Assembly (NCBI GenBank): GCA_044892525.1
Contig: CM097885.1
Location: 6,202,001 to 6,266,000, forward strand
Direction of reading: 5' to 3'
DNA from: Schmidtea polychroa
Taxonomy: Eukaryota
Length of the DNA: 64,000 nt
Shown one piece after another: positions 1 to 9,050 of this stretch. The notes beneath the pieces were generated by a model. That model was given only the letters and a program-made list of their open reading frames with translations, had not been told where the DNA came from and did no database searches. Each line of letters opens with the position of its first letter. Position 1 is the stretch's first letter. A program made the position numbers and the translations under genes.

Positions 1-705
1 CTTTTTCAAATTGAATCAATACAGAGAATTGTATTTTCACCGACCCCATTCTGTTTATTTCATGTTTTAACTTATTAACGATTTTATCGGTTATGGTTAT
101 TTGAACGATGTTATCCTTTTCTACATTAAATCTTAGATTCTTTCGAACCCCCTTAAAATCAATTTCGATTTCAGGTTCATCGTCAATATCGACTGAACCG
201 CCTGCTTGAATATTATTAACCACAGTTATTTGTTCTAATTTATTAATTTTAGAGGGAGCATCAGACCCAATACTAACAGCAGGTCTTTTTAAATTATTAT
301 TTACATTAATAACATTATTAATTAGAGGTTTTGTAATATTATTTACATGTTTTGTATTAGTTTTAATTACAGGTTTTGTAATATTATTTACAGGTTTTGT
401 ATTATTATTTACAGGTTTTGTAATATTATTTACAGGTTTTGTATTATTTACATTAGTTTTAATTATAGGTTTTGCAGTATTTCGTAGTTTGTTAAATAAA
501 TCCTTTTTATTTAAAGAGAACTGATTTAAATGGGATTTATGTATACTGTAAAACTCTAAATATTTAATGCTATGGGAAGTCTCGCATATTGGGCATATAT
601 AGTACTTGATGCCATAAAATTTACGACCATAATATTTTTTCATCACTTTGTGACATAAATTTGAGTGACCAGTTGAAGCCTGGCAGTAATGTGGATAAAA
701 TTTGC
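1..705 (-). CDS. Partial ORF running off the left edge; probable N-terminal region of the protein-primed DNA polymerase B (pPolB)
   Basis: Manual translation gives about 235 stop-free codons: KFYPHYCQ...YYICPICETSH...(TKPVNNI/N)n...NIQAGGSV...MGSVKIQFSVLIQFEK. There is an in-frame ATG at 643 and a possible acceptor AG at 706-707. It is absent from the ORF track because it is truncated. The pPolB assignment rests on position (the only core gene missing) and the look of the N-terminus; catalytic motifs are not in the window. Confidence 0.55.
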
Positions 706-918
706 CTTTTAATTATATTTATCAATTAATATTAGTCATGAAATTAATATATCATTTATAGTTCTTTTATCATTTAGTTCTTATAAGGATTTTACAATTA
801 TTGATATATGTTTCATTTAAATACAATATAAAAATGAAATAAATATTAATAATTGTAAAATATTAATAAAGTCTTGTAAACTATAATAGGGATTTTATTA
901 TTATTATTATTATTGTTT

Positions 919-1579
919 CTGTAGTTACATGCTCACTGTAACCTACATGTTTATATAATAAGAGTCTTTAGTTGCATGCTAACTAAACATATTAAATTAT
1001 TAAAATAATATTATAAAGAGAGTATATGTATAGAATAAAAATATTAGTATTATTATTATTGATGTAGCTGCATGCTCACTGCAGACTACATTTAAAGATT
1101 GTAATTATTGCATAATAAATAGTTTGATGCAGCTGCATGCAGACTATATTTAATAAGGGTTAATTATTACACAATAAATAGTTTGTTGCAGCTGCATGCA
1201 GACTACATTTAAAGATTGTATTTATTACGTAATAAATAGTTGATGCAGCTGCATGCAGACTACATTTAAAGATTGTATTTATTACGTAATAAATAGTTGA
1301 TGCAGCTGCATGCAGACTACATTTAATAAAGGGTATTTATTATGTAATAAATATTTGATGCAGCTGATTGCTGACTACATTTATTGGGGCAATCATAATA
1401 AAAGAGATATGTAGCTGCATGCTGACTGCAGACTACATTTATTGGGGCAATCATAATAAAAGAGATATGTAGCTGCATGCTCACTGCAGACTACATTTAT
1501 TGGGGCAATCATAATAAAAGAGATATGTAGCTGCGTGCTCACTGCAGACTACAAGATATATTTTTATTACTATTTTTAA

Positions 1580-1616
<37 letters not shown>

Positions 1617-1648
1617 TTAACTAATGTAGTTGCTCATTGCAAACTACA
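919..1648. repeat. Tandem array (about 55-65 bp units) of palindromic motifs inside the Polinton
   Basis: About 11-12 copies of TGTAGCTGCATGC(TCAC)TGCAGACTACA or TGCAGCTGCATGCAGACTACA. Several units also carry the perfect palindrome TATTTATTACGTAATAAATA. Confidence 0.9.
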
Positions 1649-1669
1649 AGGAATATTTTAAAACTATTG

Positions 1670-1934
1670 TTTCTTAAATACTTTTTAAACATTTTCTTCA
1701 TCATAATATTTTCATCATTTTCTTCATCATAATATTTTCATCATTTTCTTCATCATAATATTTTCATCATTTTCTTCATCATCATAATATTTTCATCATT
1801 TTCTTCATCATCATAATATTTTCATCATTTAGTCAACATAACATTTTCAATTTCATCATAATATTTTCTTCATTTTCATAATAAGTTTTTATAAATAAGT
1901 TTTTAAAGAAAATGTTTAAAAAGTATTTAAGAAA
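1670..1934. repeat. CATCATAATATTTTCATCATTTTCTT minisatellite bracketed by a perfect 29-bp inverted repeat
   Basis: TTTCTTAAATACTTTTTAAACATTTTCTT at 1670-1698 and its exact reverse complement at 1906-1934. Confidence 0.85.
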
Positions 1935-1979
1935 TTTACAAGGTTTTTAAAAAAATAAATATATAAAAATAAATAAATA

Positions 1980-2526
1980 CTAACATCGTGATTCCATGTC
2001 GGAATCTGATTCATTATCAGCAACCTCCTCAATAGAAGTGAGGGCATTATCCACATTATCAAGCTCCTCGATTGTATTATCCACATAATTCAGCTCATCG
2101 ATAGAAGTCAGTGCATTATTCATCTCCTCAATAGAATCATTATTAATTGGAACATCGATTTCAGCGTCCATGTCAACATTAAACACTAAAATGATTTTTA
2201 AAAAATAATATACTAAAATAAAATAAATTTACTTTGATTATTGAAAACATTACAGGAAGCTGAGGCATTAGTTTGTCCAATAAACACGACATCATCATCG
2301 TCGCTAATTATAATAGGTTCTAAATAAAATAATAATAATTTCATAAAAATTAAAATATTTAAATTTACCGAAAATCCTATCAACATTCAAAATTCTTTCG
2401 TCCTCAGTAACTTGATACCAATCGAACACATCTAAAAAATAAAGAATAAAATATAATAAATAAATAAATAATAAAATTACCGGTAGTCAATAGACTTCTT
2501 AATATGTTGTTGTTATTGTTAGACAT
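1980..2526 (-). CDS. Four-exon acidic Polinton accessory protein (about 133 aa) with SIM-like motifs
   Basis: Exons 2526-2481, 2431-2369, 2319-2233 and 2185-1980 are joined by GT-AG introns of 49, 49 and 47 nt, all phase 1. The spliced product is open: MSNNNNNILRSLLTTDVFDWYQVTEDERILNVDRIFEPIIISDDDDVVFIGQ...SDMESRC*. TATA and CCAAT boxes lie upstream. Confidence 0.75.
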
Positions 2527-2602
2527 TTTAAAGTTTGTAATTTTGAAAAATTAGAAATTGAAAATTTTGATAAAATTGTGATGAATTTGAAATTTGTCAA
2601 TG

Positions 2603-2730
2603 TTTATATAGAACAGGAATATTTCCATGTCTCAACCAATCAGAATTAAGACACATTCCTGAATATTTTTTCCTCTATCAGCCAATCAAATGGTATCAAA
2701 TGGGATTGCATATCTTTGTTAGTCATGACT
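2603..2730 (-). promoter_or_regulatory. Pol II promoter of the 2526 gene: TATA box, two CCAAT boxes and a TTAGTCAT motif
   Basis: TATATAAA on the minus strand at 2603-2610, CCAAT at 2636-2640 and 2682-2686, TTAGTCATGACT at 2719-2730. Confidence 0.55.
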
Positions 2731-2789
2731 TTGTGCATGCACAATGTTTGTGTAGTCTTTATTTAGATAATAATATTTTTCAAAATAAA

Positions 2790-3095
<306 letters not shown>

Positions 3096-3115
3096 AAGGA
3101 TACAAAATACATTTA

Positions 3116-3501
3116 TTAAACATCAAATTTTTTATACAACAACCAAGCTAAACAATGTTGACCGCATGTTTGTGTCAATGGATTTTGAAACATTGTTTTA
3201 TAATATACAATAGGTTTCCCCATTGTTTCTAGTTTTGATACCAACAAAGCAGGGTAATAGAAACCCATAGGATCGAACACGAATATATTACTAGGTTTCA
3301 TATATATATAGCAATCCAATGTTCTCCACCAAGATGAGACGATTGAGTATTGACGATTATGGCTTGATTAATGCTCAAATATGGGATTTTATCGAGAGGA
3401 AAAACTCCTACAAATTCATTTCCCAATATCTGTTTTCCAATTCTATTGACCTGAACAGAACTACTTTAATAAATTAAACAATATTGAAAAACTTACTCCA
3501 T
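3116..3501 (-). pseudogene. Adenain-like (adenoviral-type) cysteine maturation protease, intron-containing, frameshifted in this copy
   Basis: ATG GA|gtaagt...aag| intron at 3496-3464 (or to 3461) gives MDSSVQVNRIGKQILGNEFVGVFPLDKIP...IIVNTQSSHLGGEHWIAIY. An extra TA in the (TA)5 run at 3301-3310 shifts the frame from MKPSNIFVFDPMG...FQNPLTQTCGQHC. The catalytic H, D, Q and C are all present. Confidence 0.9.
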
Positions 3502-3529
3502 GACAACTTTTTGGTGTTTCTGTATACAT

Positions 3530-4753
3530 TTATACTAGCACGGTTCTATTTGCAGTAATCTGAACTTCATTTTCAAATACTCCATATATTATAACATGTA
3601 CTGGTTCAGTAATGGCCTTTGCAAACTTTATATCCAGTCGTAAATTTCCGTTTTGTGGTAATTGACTCTGATTTAAATCAAAATCGGGGGCTAAAACAAA
3701 TGTGAAAAATGGGTATTTGCTTTTAAAATCCTCTAGAGTTATTCCACAATTCAAGTTTTTATCTAAATAACCAAGATTTCTAACAATACTCTGCATATAT
3801 GTCGCACAGTAATTATCATTCTCAAAATCTTGAGTATATGTTTCTCTATAATCAGTATTTTTTGACAAAGTCAATGAAGTAACACCAAAGTTTTTGAAAA
3901 TTGAGCTGGAAGCAGTATAAGACCCATTATATTGCGTTTCACTTTGAAATGTTACCAGAATAAAATTAGGCATTCTTCTATCACCAAATATTTGTTCTTT
4001 ATAGAATGATGAAGCACCATTAGCAATAGCAAATTGTACAATTTCCTTTGTTTTTAAAGGATAAATTGCATGCTTTGAATTAAGTCCCAATTGATGACCA
4101 GCTAATACTGACGGGTCTACTCGAACTCTTCTCACCAATAATTTTGCATCAACTAATTGACATATTGGTGCACCAGTTGCACTAGTAAGAGACAATGCAG
4201 AATCGGACCTTTTCAATCTAATATGTACATTAACTCCCGGTAGCAAATATTTCGGTTGATCCATAAAATCAAGTTGTAATGATGAGCACATAGTGAATAC
4301 TTTTGAACCTTTAACCCACTTTTTTCTTTCATCATCTGCTGCTGCATAACCCATAGGTGTAAGACAGGTATTTTTAGTATCTGAATTGTAATTTAAAATA
4401 GTTTCTATCAAAGCCTTGTGAATGAATGTATTATTTCCGCCCTCAATCTTGATATTATTAAATCCCAACACTGCATCTTTAAACAGAGTATGAAACATGA
4501 AATTGTTTGGTAATACATCCGCATTGGCATCCAAAACCTTTCTATCTTTATCTACAACCTTGATCTGAACAGTCAATAAAGTATCGTTCAAATCTAAATA
4601 TTCAGTTTGCGAACCATTAATATAAAACTCGATATCATTTCTACTATCAGTAATTGAATTCATAGGAAAAACTTCCTCAAATGCACCAAATTCTATTACA
4701 GCCTGGGGCGATGGTCTATCAAATATACATAATTCAGATTTACCACAAATCAT
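3530..4753 (-). CDS. Polinton major capsid protein (double jelly-roll, hexon-like)
   Basis: 407 aa. N-terminal CGKSELCIFDRPSPQAVIE, YLDLNDTLL, LLPGVNVHIRLKR and C-terminal GNLRLDIKFAK...VIIYGVFENEVQI match the Polinton MCP pattern. Position next to protease and penton agrees. Confidence 0.85.
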   Translation of the reverse strand: MICGKSELCIFDRPSPQAVIEFGAFEEVFPMNSITDSRNDIEFYINGSQTEYLDLNDTLLTVQIKVVDKDRKVLDANADVLPNNFMFHTLFKDAVLGFNNIKIEGGNNTFIHKALIETILNYNSDTKNTCLTPMGYAAADDERKKWVKGSKVFTMCSSLQLDFMDQPKYLLPGVNVHIRLKRSDSALSLTSATGAPICQLVDAKLLVRRVRVDPSVLAGHQLGLNSKHAIYPLKTKEIVQFAIANGASSFYKEQIFGDRRMPNFILVTFQSETQYNGSYTASSSIFKNFGVTSLTLSKNTDYRETYTQDFENDNYCATYMQSIVRNLGYLDKNLNCGITLEDFKSKYPFFTFVLAPDFDLNQSQLPQNGNLRLDIKFAKAITEPVHVIIYGVFENEVQITANRTVLV

Positions 4754-5112
4754 TTTGCAAATATAGTTCCATGTCCTTTCATTCGTTTGTTTATACGCGA
4801 TATTCCATGCCCTTTACGTTTTGGAGCTGGGGCTGGAGGCGTATCTTTTTGAAACATACCAGCAACTCCAGGTAGAACCTTCCCTAACTCCGCTAAAGCA
4901 TTTGTTTTTAGAGATGGTAATATTTTCTGTTCATTCATAATCACATCTTTTGCAGTTTTCATGCCAAAACTACCAATACGTTTAACAATAGGAAGTGCAA
5001 ATCTCCCTATTGTTTTTAACCAACCTGATCCGTACTGTTTACTGATAAAATATGGTAATTCACCACCAGATTGGCTATCACTATACATACTAATAATATC
5101 GGAATTAGCCAT
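4750..5112 (-). CDS. Small basic Polinton virion core-like protein
   Basis: QSGG and QYGSG glycine motifs (possible adenain cleavage sites), an amphipathic WLKTIGRFALPIVKRIG segment and a basic C-terminus. Its stop overlaps the MCP start (ATGA). Confidence 0.7.
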   Translation of the reverse strand: MANSDIISMYSDSQSGGELPYFISKQYGSGWLKTIGRFALPIVKRIGSFGMKTAKDVIMNEQKILPSLKTNALAELGKVLPGVAGMFQKDTPPAPAPKRKGHGISRINKRMKGHGTIFAK

Positions 5113-6164
5113 CTACTTTACGAAAATGTAGTGTCAAATGAGTCTTTTGGGAAGTTTATAAGTTTTCCACTATCGTCACGAATATTTATTTCTATATTGT
5201 TTATACATGAGCTTGAAATTGGTAAATACATAGGATTATCTATATTTATATTGACAACTTCATCATGTTCGTATTTCCCAATCCATACCGATTTCAATAG
5301 AGGAACACTGGAATCACCAACTATTATAGGCTCAATAATGTTAGTATATATGAACATTTGTTGATGATGTTCAAGTATTCTTGGTTTACGTATACCAGCC
5401 GATTTTTCCCGATATTGCTGCTTCTCTAATCCAAGTGTATTTGTCAAATTTTTATCAAATGTAACTTCGCAAATGTCATCATTCAAACTGAAGGTAAATA
5501 ACAATTCTTTCACAATGTCCAAACTTTTAAATATGTGTGAACAATTATACTTTAAATATTTAAGTAACACATCAAGTTTATCAATATATAATTCGTCAGC
5601 AAAGGTGAATGATTCTTCAACTTCATTATTATACGACACTGATATTTTGATTTCTTCTCTCATTACACTGTTTGCTTCAAATAGATCAAAGCGTAATAAG
5701 TAATCTGTTTCCATAACTTCATTTTTCAACTTATTGCAACCCATTCGTCTGGCATCTTCAATATATTCGAATGTTATTGTAAATGGTTTAAAATCACAAC
5801 TGATATTTAATCCATCCTTGTAAAACATAGAGCAATGCTGATCTAATATTTGATTCGGAATATGATATGTTTTATCATAATTACTGATAATAAAGATACC
5901 ACTACATGTTTTCATAGCATTCCTTTTGAAATCAATCTTACATTGACTATAAAATGGGAATGTATTGTACACGAATGTAAAATCTTGCAGTGCAACTTCC
6001 CAGTCACCATTTAAAGAAATCGGATTCTGGAGATTGACCATGAATTTACTGGCTTGATTATCTGGATGAATAAGCGGGCAACTATTGCTTGGTAAAATAG
6101 TATAAAAATTCACTTTACTAGGTCCTTTTCTGATATCCATGATGGGTTTTGATAACCATGCCAT
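5105..6164 (-). CDS. Minor capsid protein (penton), with a frameshift near the C-terminus
   Basis: FYTILPSNS...NQASKFMVNLQNPISLNGDWEVAL and MFIYTNIIEPIIVGDSSVPLLK...YLPI...IEINIRDDSGKLINF. The expected C-terminal motif LTLHFRK(VDG*) lies in another frame ending at 5105, while the track ORF stops at 5118. The likely start is ATG 6140. Confidence 0.85.
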
Positions 6165-7165
6165 TTGACATAGTATTGTTTATCCTTGCCTTTATTTTTA
6201 GTTTTCAATATCTTTTGAATTCTAAATACTTTTGGAGGAGGAATGACTTGTAATTCTTGCTCATAAAATTTTCCTTGTACAATATTGTTATCATTGTCTT
6301 TGATGACATACATTACAGGATTCTGTTTAGTATTTATTTTTGAAATTACAAAGACTTCATCACTCCAATTCGTATCAAAATTTTTAATAAATGGTGATGC
6401 ACTAATTTTACTAATTCTAACATGGTCACCTACTTTATATTTCGGTTTTGTAATTTTTTCAGGTTTTTTAGAATAGATTGTTTTTGACGTGATATCAATC
6501 GGCCTTAATCCATTCAGTCCTTGATGTGATGAGTGATTATAACTGGTTATTATTTTTGGTAAAACCAATACCCATTTTTTATTACCTTGATGCACGAATA
6601 ATTTCTTTAATCTATCTCTCAAAGTTCGGTTAAATCTTTCAACATGAGCAGCTTTGTATTGAGAATGTACTGAGTAATGGTTTATTTTCAATTTATTGAG
6701 GATTTGCTTGACTTTACTGTTGTAGAATTCTTTACCTAAAATAATAATAATAATAATAAAAATAATAATATTAATACCTAAATCAGTTTGCAAGTTTTTA
6801 GGATGTCCATCTTTAAATAAATGATTAACAGCTTTAGACATTTCATCTGCAGATTTTGCCTTGACGGGTATTGCTCGGGCAAACCGACTGAATACATCAA
6901 TACATGTTAAAATATATTTATACTCATTGTTAATTTTCGAATAGGGTATCATCTCCATCAAATCCATTTGCCATAAATCATTTATTCCATATGTTTTATA
7001 TGCTCTTGTTGGGAATCGTTTCCGCATTGGTTTGTTCAAACTGTAGGCAAGCTGGTCTGATAACCACTTCTGAGTTTCCTTTTTCGAATTCGGAACTCTT
7101 TTCCTTAATTTTGCCACTCCACCAAAACCGGCTTCGTCTTCCGGGTTCGTCCAAATCTTCTCCAT
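6110..7165 (-). CDS. Retroviral-like (rve) integrase with C-terminal chromodomain; contains a 42-nt intron
   Basis: DDE motifs WQMDL, LQTD(L)GKEF and VERFNRTL, plus YYVKWHGY...SWI chromodomain. Removing GT...AG 6777-6736 restores TDLGKEF. The likely start is ATG 7165 (MEKIW). Confidence 0.95.
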   Translation of the reverse strand: MEKIWTNPEDEAGFGGVAKLRKRVPNSKKETQKWLSDQLAYSLNKPMRKRFPTRAYKTYGINDLWQMDLMEMIPYSKINNEYKYILTCIDVFSRFARAIPVKAKSADEMSKAVNHLFKDGHPKNLQTDLGINIIIFIIIIIILGKEFYNSKVKQILNKLKINHYSVHSQYKAAHVERFNRTLRDRLKKLFVHQGNKKWVLVLPKIITSYNHSSHQGLNGLRPIDITSKTIYSKKPEKITKPKYKVGDHVRISKISASPFIKNFDTNWSDEVFVISKINTKQNPVMYVIKDNDNNIVQGKFYEQELQVIPPPKVFRIQKILKTKNKGKDKQYYVKWHGYQNPSWISEKDLVK

Positions 7166-7223
7166 TACAACAAGAAGATTTAATATTAAATTTAATGTCT
7201 GGTAATGAAGGATTAGCACCCAT
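6996..7223 (-). CDS. Small putatively myristoylated protein overprinted on the integrase 5' end
   Basis: Its ATG lies 3 nt after the upstream stop codon. MGANPS fits the MGxxxS myristoylation consensus, followed by KSSCC. Confidence 0.45.
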   Translation of the reverse strand: MGANPSLPDIKFNIKSSCCNGEDLDEPGRRSRFWWSGKIKEKSSEFEKGNSEVVIRPACLQFEQTNAETIPNKSI

Positions 7224-7226
7224 TGT

Positions 7227-7721
7227 TTATGATCGACTTCCTATTATTCCACCTAATAATGATATTGCTAAAGGTATCAATGCACCGATAAATCCCCCTT
7301 GTTGTTTATATATAATTTTTCTCATTTGTTGACGATTTTTATTATTTACTAATGATAGCAAAGGTTTCCTATGTTTACTCAATAATTGCTTTTTAGATTT
7401 ACTGATTTTAATCTTGCCTTTGACTACTTTAAGTATAATATCGAGTAAATCATCGACAACATAATTTGGAAAAGATTGCAAAATACTGTTTCTTTTCATA
7501 CTTGGTGCCTTTAACAATGTATTGAAAAACGGGAAACTCCGATGATTTTTAACAACTTTTACTTTCTTAGTGGTTTTACTTTTAGGTTTAGGTTTAGGAT
7601 TTTTCGAAATAAGATTCATTGCAGGAAAATTTTCTGTAATAAGATCTTTAGATGGAGTATAACTAGTTGTTGGTGGAACTTTTGGTTGTTTTTTACCCGA
7701 TATCCTTGTTTTTGAAAACAT
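7227..7721 (-). CDS. Lys-rich Polinton core/membrane-active protein with a GGF cleavage site and hydrophobic C-terminal helix
   Basis: Very basic sequence. It ends QQGG|FIGALIPLAISLLGGIIGSRS, resembling adenovirus pX/pVI-like cleavable amphipathic tails seen in Polinton-family elements. Confidence 0.7.
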   Translation of the reverse strand: MFSKTRISGKKQPKVPPTTSYTPSKDLITENFPAMNLISKNPKPKPKSKTTKKVKVVKNHRSFPFFNTLLKAPSMKRNSILQSFPNYVVDDLLDIILKVVKGKIKISKSKKQLLSKHRKPLLSLVNNKNRQQMRKIIYKQQGGFIGALIPLAISLLGGIIGSRS

Positions 7722-7734
7722 GATTTATATGTTT

Positions 7735-8373
7735 TCAACTTTGTTTTGAACTTTGTTTATATACCATGGCACCTTTTGGGTTGAAAATATCTGTTTTTAC
7801 CCGTATATCATCAGGGCATTGTTGTGTGAAATCGAGAAATATATACCCATGCGGTATTTTCGTAGCATCTTGAAATGCATTGATAAGAAAATTACGGTTA
7901 TTAGGGTATGCTTGTCGTCCAAGAAAATCAATGACAGTTGCATCTCTAGGATTCTTGAAAATAACTAAATATTGTACATTTAAATTACGTGTTCGATGTG
8001 CACCACCTTGATGAAATAGATTTTGTGTTATGAAAATAACTGTTACACCAACATGTCTGCTGATTTTTGTGAATAAATTATTAAAGTCCTTTTCTTTATT
8101 GGCTTCTTGATACAAATCATCGATAATGATGACATCATCTTTCTTCAAACGACTTGACCAGTTTTTATCAAAGCCCTTTACTATTTTCATGTTTTTCAAC
8201 TGACAGAAACTTGATTGCGTCAATCCGTGTTCTTCGTCGGCGCCCCTATGCCAATAAATATTGTTGAATTTTGTTTTAAACAAATTTGATTTTAGTAATT
8301 TACAAACAAATAAAGTTTTCCCGCTACCACTTGGACCAACGATTTGGTATACTGCATCATTTCGTAATTCCAT
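7735..8373 (-). CDS. A32/FtsK-HerA-type genome packaging ATPase
   Basis: Walker A GPSGSGKT, Walker B IIIDD, ISRH, ITQNLF, RTRNLNVQYLVIFKNPRD and PHGYIFLD. Confidence 0.95.
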   Translation of the reverse strand: MELRNDAVYQIVGPSGSGKTLFVCKLLKSNLFKTKFNNIYWHRGADEEHGLTQSSFCQLKNMKIVKGFDKNWSSRLKKDDVIIIDDLYQEANKEKDFNNLFTKISRHVGVTVIFITQNLFHQGGAHRTRNLNVQYLVIFKNPRDATVIDFLGRQAYPNNRNFLINAFQDATKIPHGYIFLDFTQQCPDDIRVKTDIFNPKGAMVYKQSSKQS

Positions 8374-8477
8374 TTTTTAAATTTAAACTATATAATTATT
8401 GTTTATATTGATAATTTAAATGAACTCTGTTTTTAAATACCTATATATATCAAAGTTTTTAAAATTATTTCATTAAA

Positions 8478-8942
8478 ATGCTTTCAAATATAAATTACAG
8501 GGCAAAAACTGATGTATCAAAAATGGTATTTCCAATAGGGAAACCACAACAACTTATCAATAGAAGTAATAAATATCCAATAATATATTTCAAAACTGGT
8601 AAATGTAGAATTATGGGGTGTAAGGAAATAATCAAAGCTAGTGAATATAATGTTTATGATTTAGAAATACAATCGATAACCGTAACTTCCGATATAGGTT
8701 TTTCTTGTAATTTAAATAAATTAGCTAAATTAATACCATGCTTTTATGAACCAGAATTATTTCCAGCTTTGAGATATATAAAATATAACCCTATGTGTGT
8801 AAATATATTCGCTAGCGGTAAGATAGTAATTCTTGGAATAAAAAATATTGATTACAAATGTATAGTTGATAATATCATATCTGAAATTAAATCAATAATT
8901 GAAGGAAAAGAATTTTTAGATTTTTTATTATCACTTAATTAA
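8478..8942 (+). CDS. TATA-box binding protein (TBP)-like protein encoded by the Polinton
   Basis: Two-repeat TBP pattern. Repeat 1 has LSNIN...IYFKTGKCRIMGCK. Repeat 2 has IQSITVTSDIGFSCNLNKLA...YEPELFPALRY...VNIFASGKIVILG, compared with cellular TBP YEPELFPGLIY...LIFVSGKVVLTG. The 154-aa ORF is intact. Confidence 0.85.
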   Translation: MLSNINYRAKTDVSKMVFPIGKPQQLINRSNKYPIIYFKTGKCRIMGCKEIIKASEYNVYDLEIQSITVTSDIGFSCNLNKLAKLIPCFYEPELFPALRYIKYNPMCVNIFASGKIVILGIKNIDYKCIVDNIISEIKSIIEGKEFLDFLLSLN

Positions 8943-8980
8943 TTATTTATCATTCAATTAAAACAAAAACATACTGCAAT

Positions 8981-9034
8981 CTGATTGGATGATAAACAAT
9001 AGTCATAGGTATAAAAACCCTGTACCATTTCATT
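8981..9034 (+). promoter_or_regulatory. Pol II promoter: CCAAT (CTGATTGG), TAGTCAT, TATA box, Inr-like TCATT
   Basis: ATTGG at 8984-8988, TAGTCAT at 9000-9006, TATAAAA at 9010-9016 and TCATT at 9030-9034, upstream of ATG 9051. Confidence 0.6.
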
Positions 9035-9050
9035 TTAATCATAATTCACA

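Noticed and set aside
919..1648. CRISPR-like array (palindromic repeats with intervening sequence)
   Set aside because: The intervening segments are near-identical duplicates rather than unique spacers, there are no cas genes, and the context is eukaryotic.
4681..7968. Plus-strand ORFs antisense to Polinton genes (4681, 5071, 5473, 6285, 6991, 7753)
   Set aside because: Shadow frames of well-supported minus-strand genes, with no motifs.
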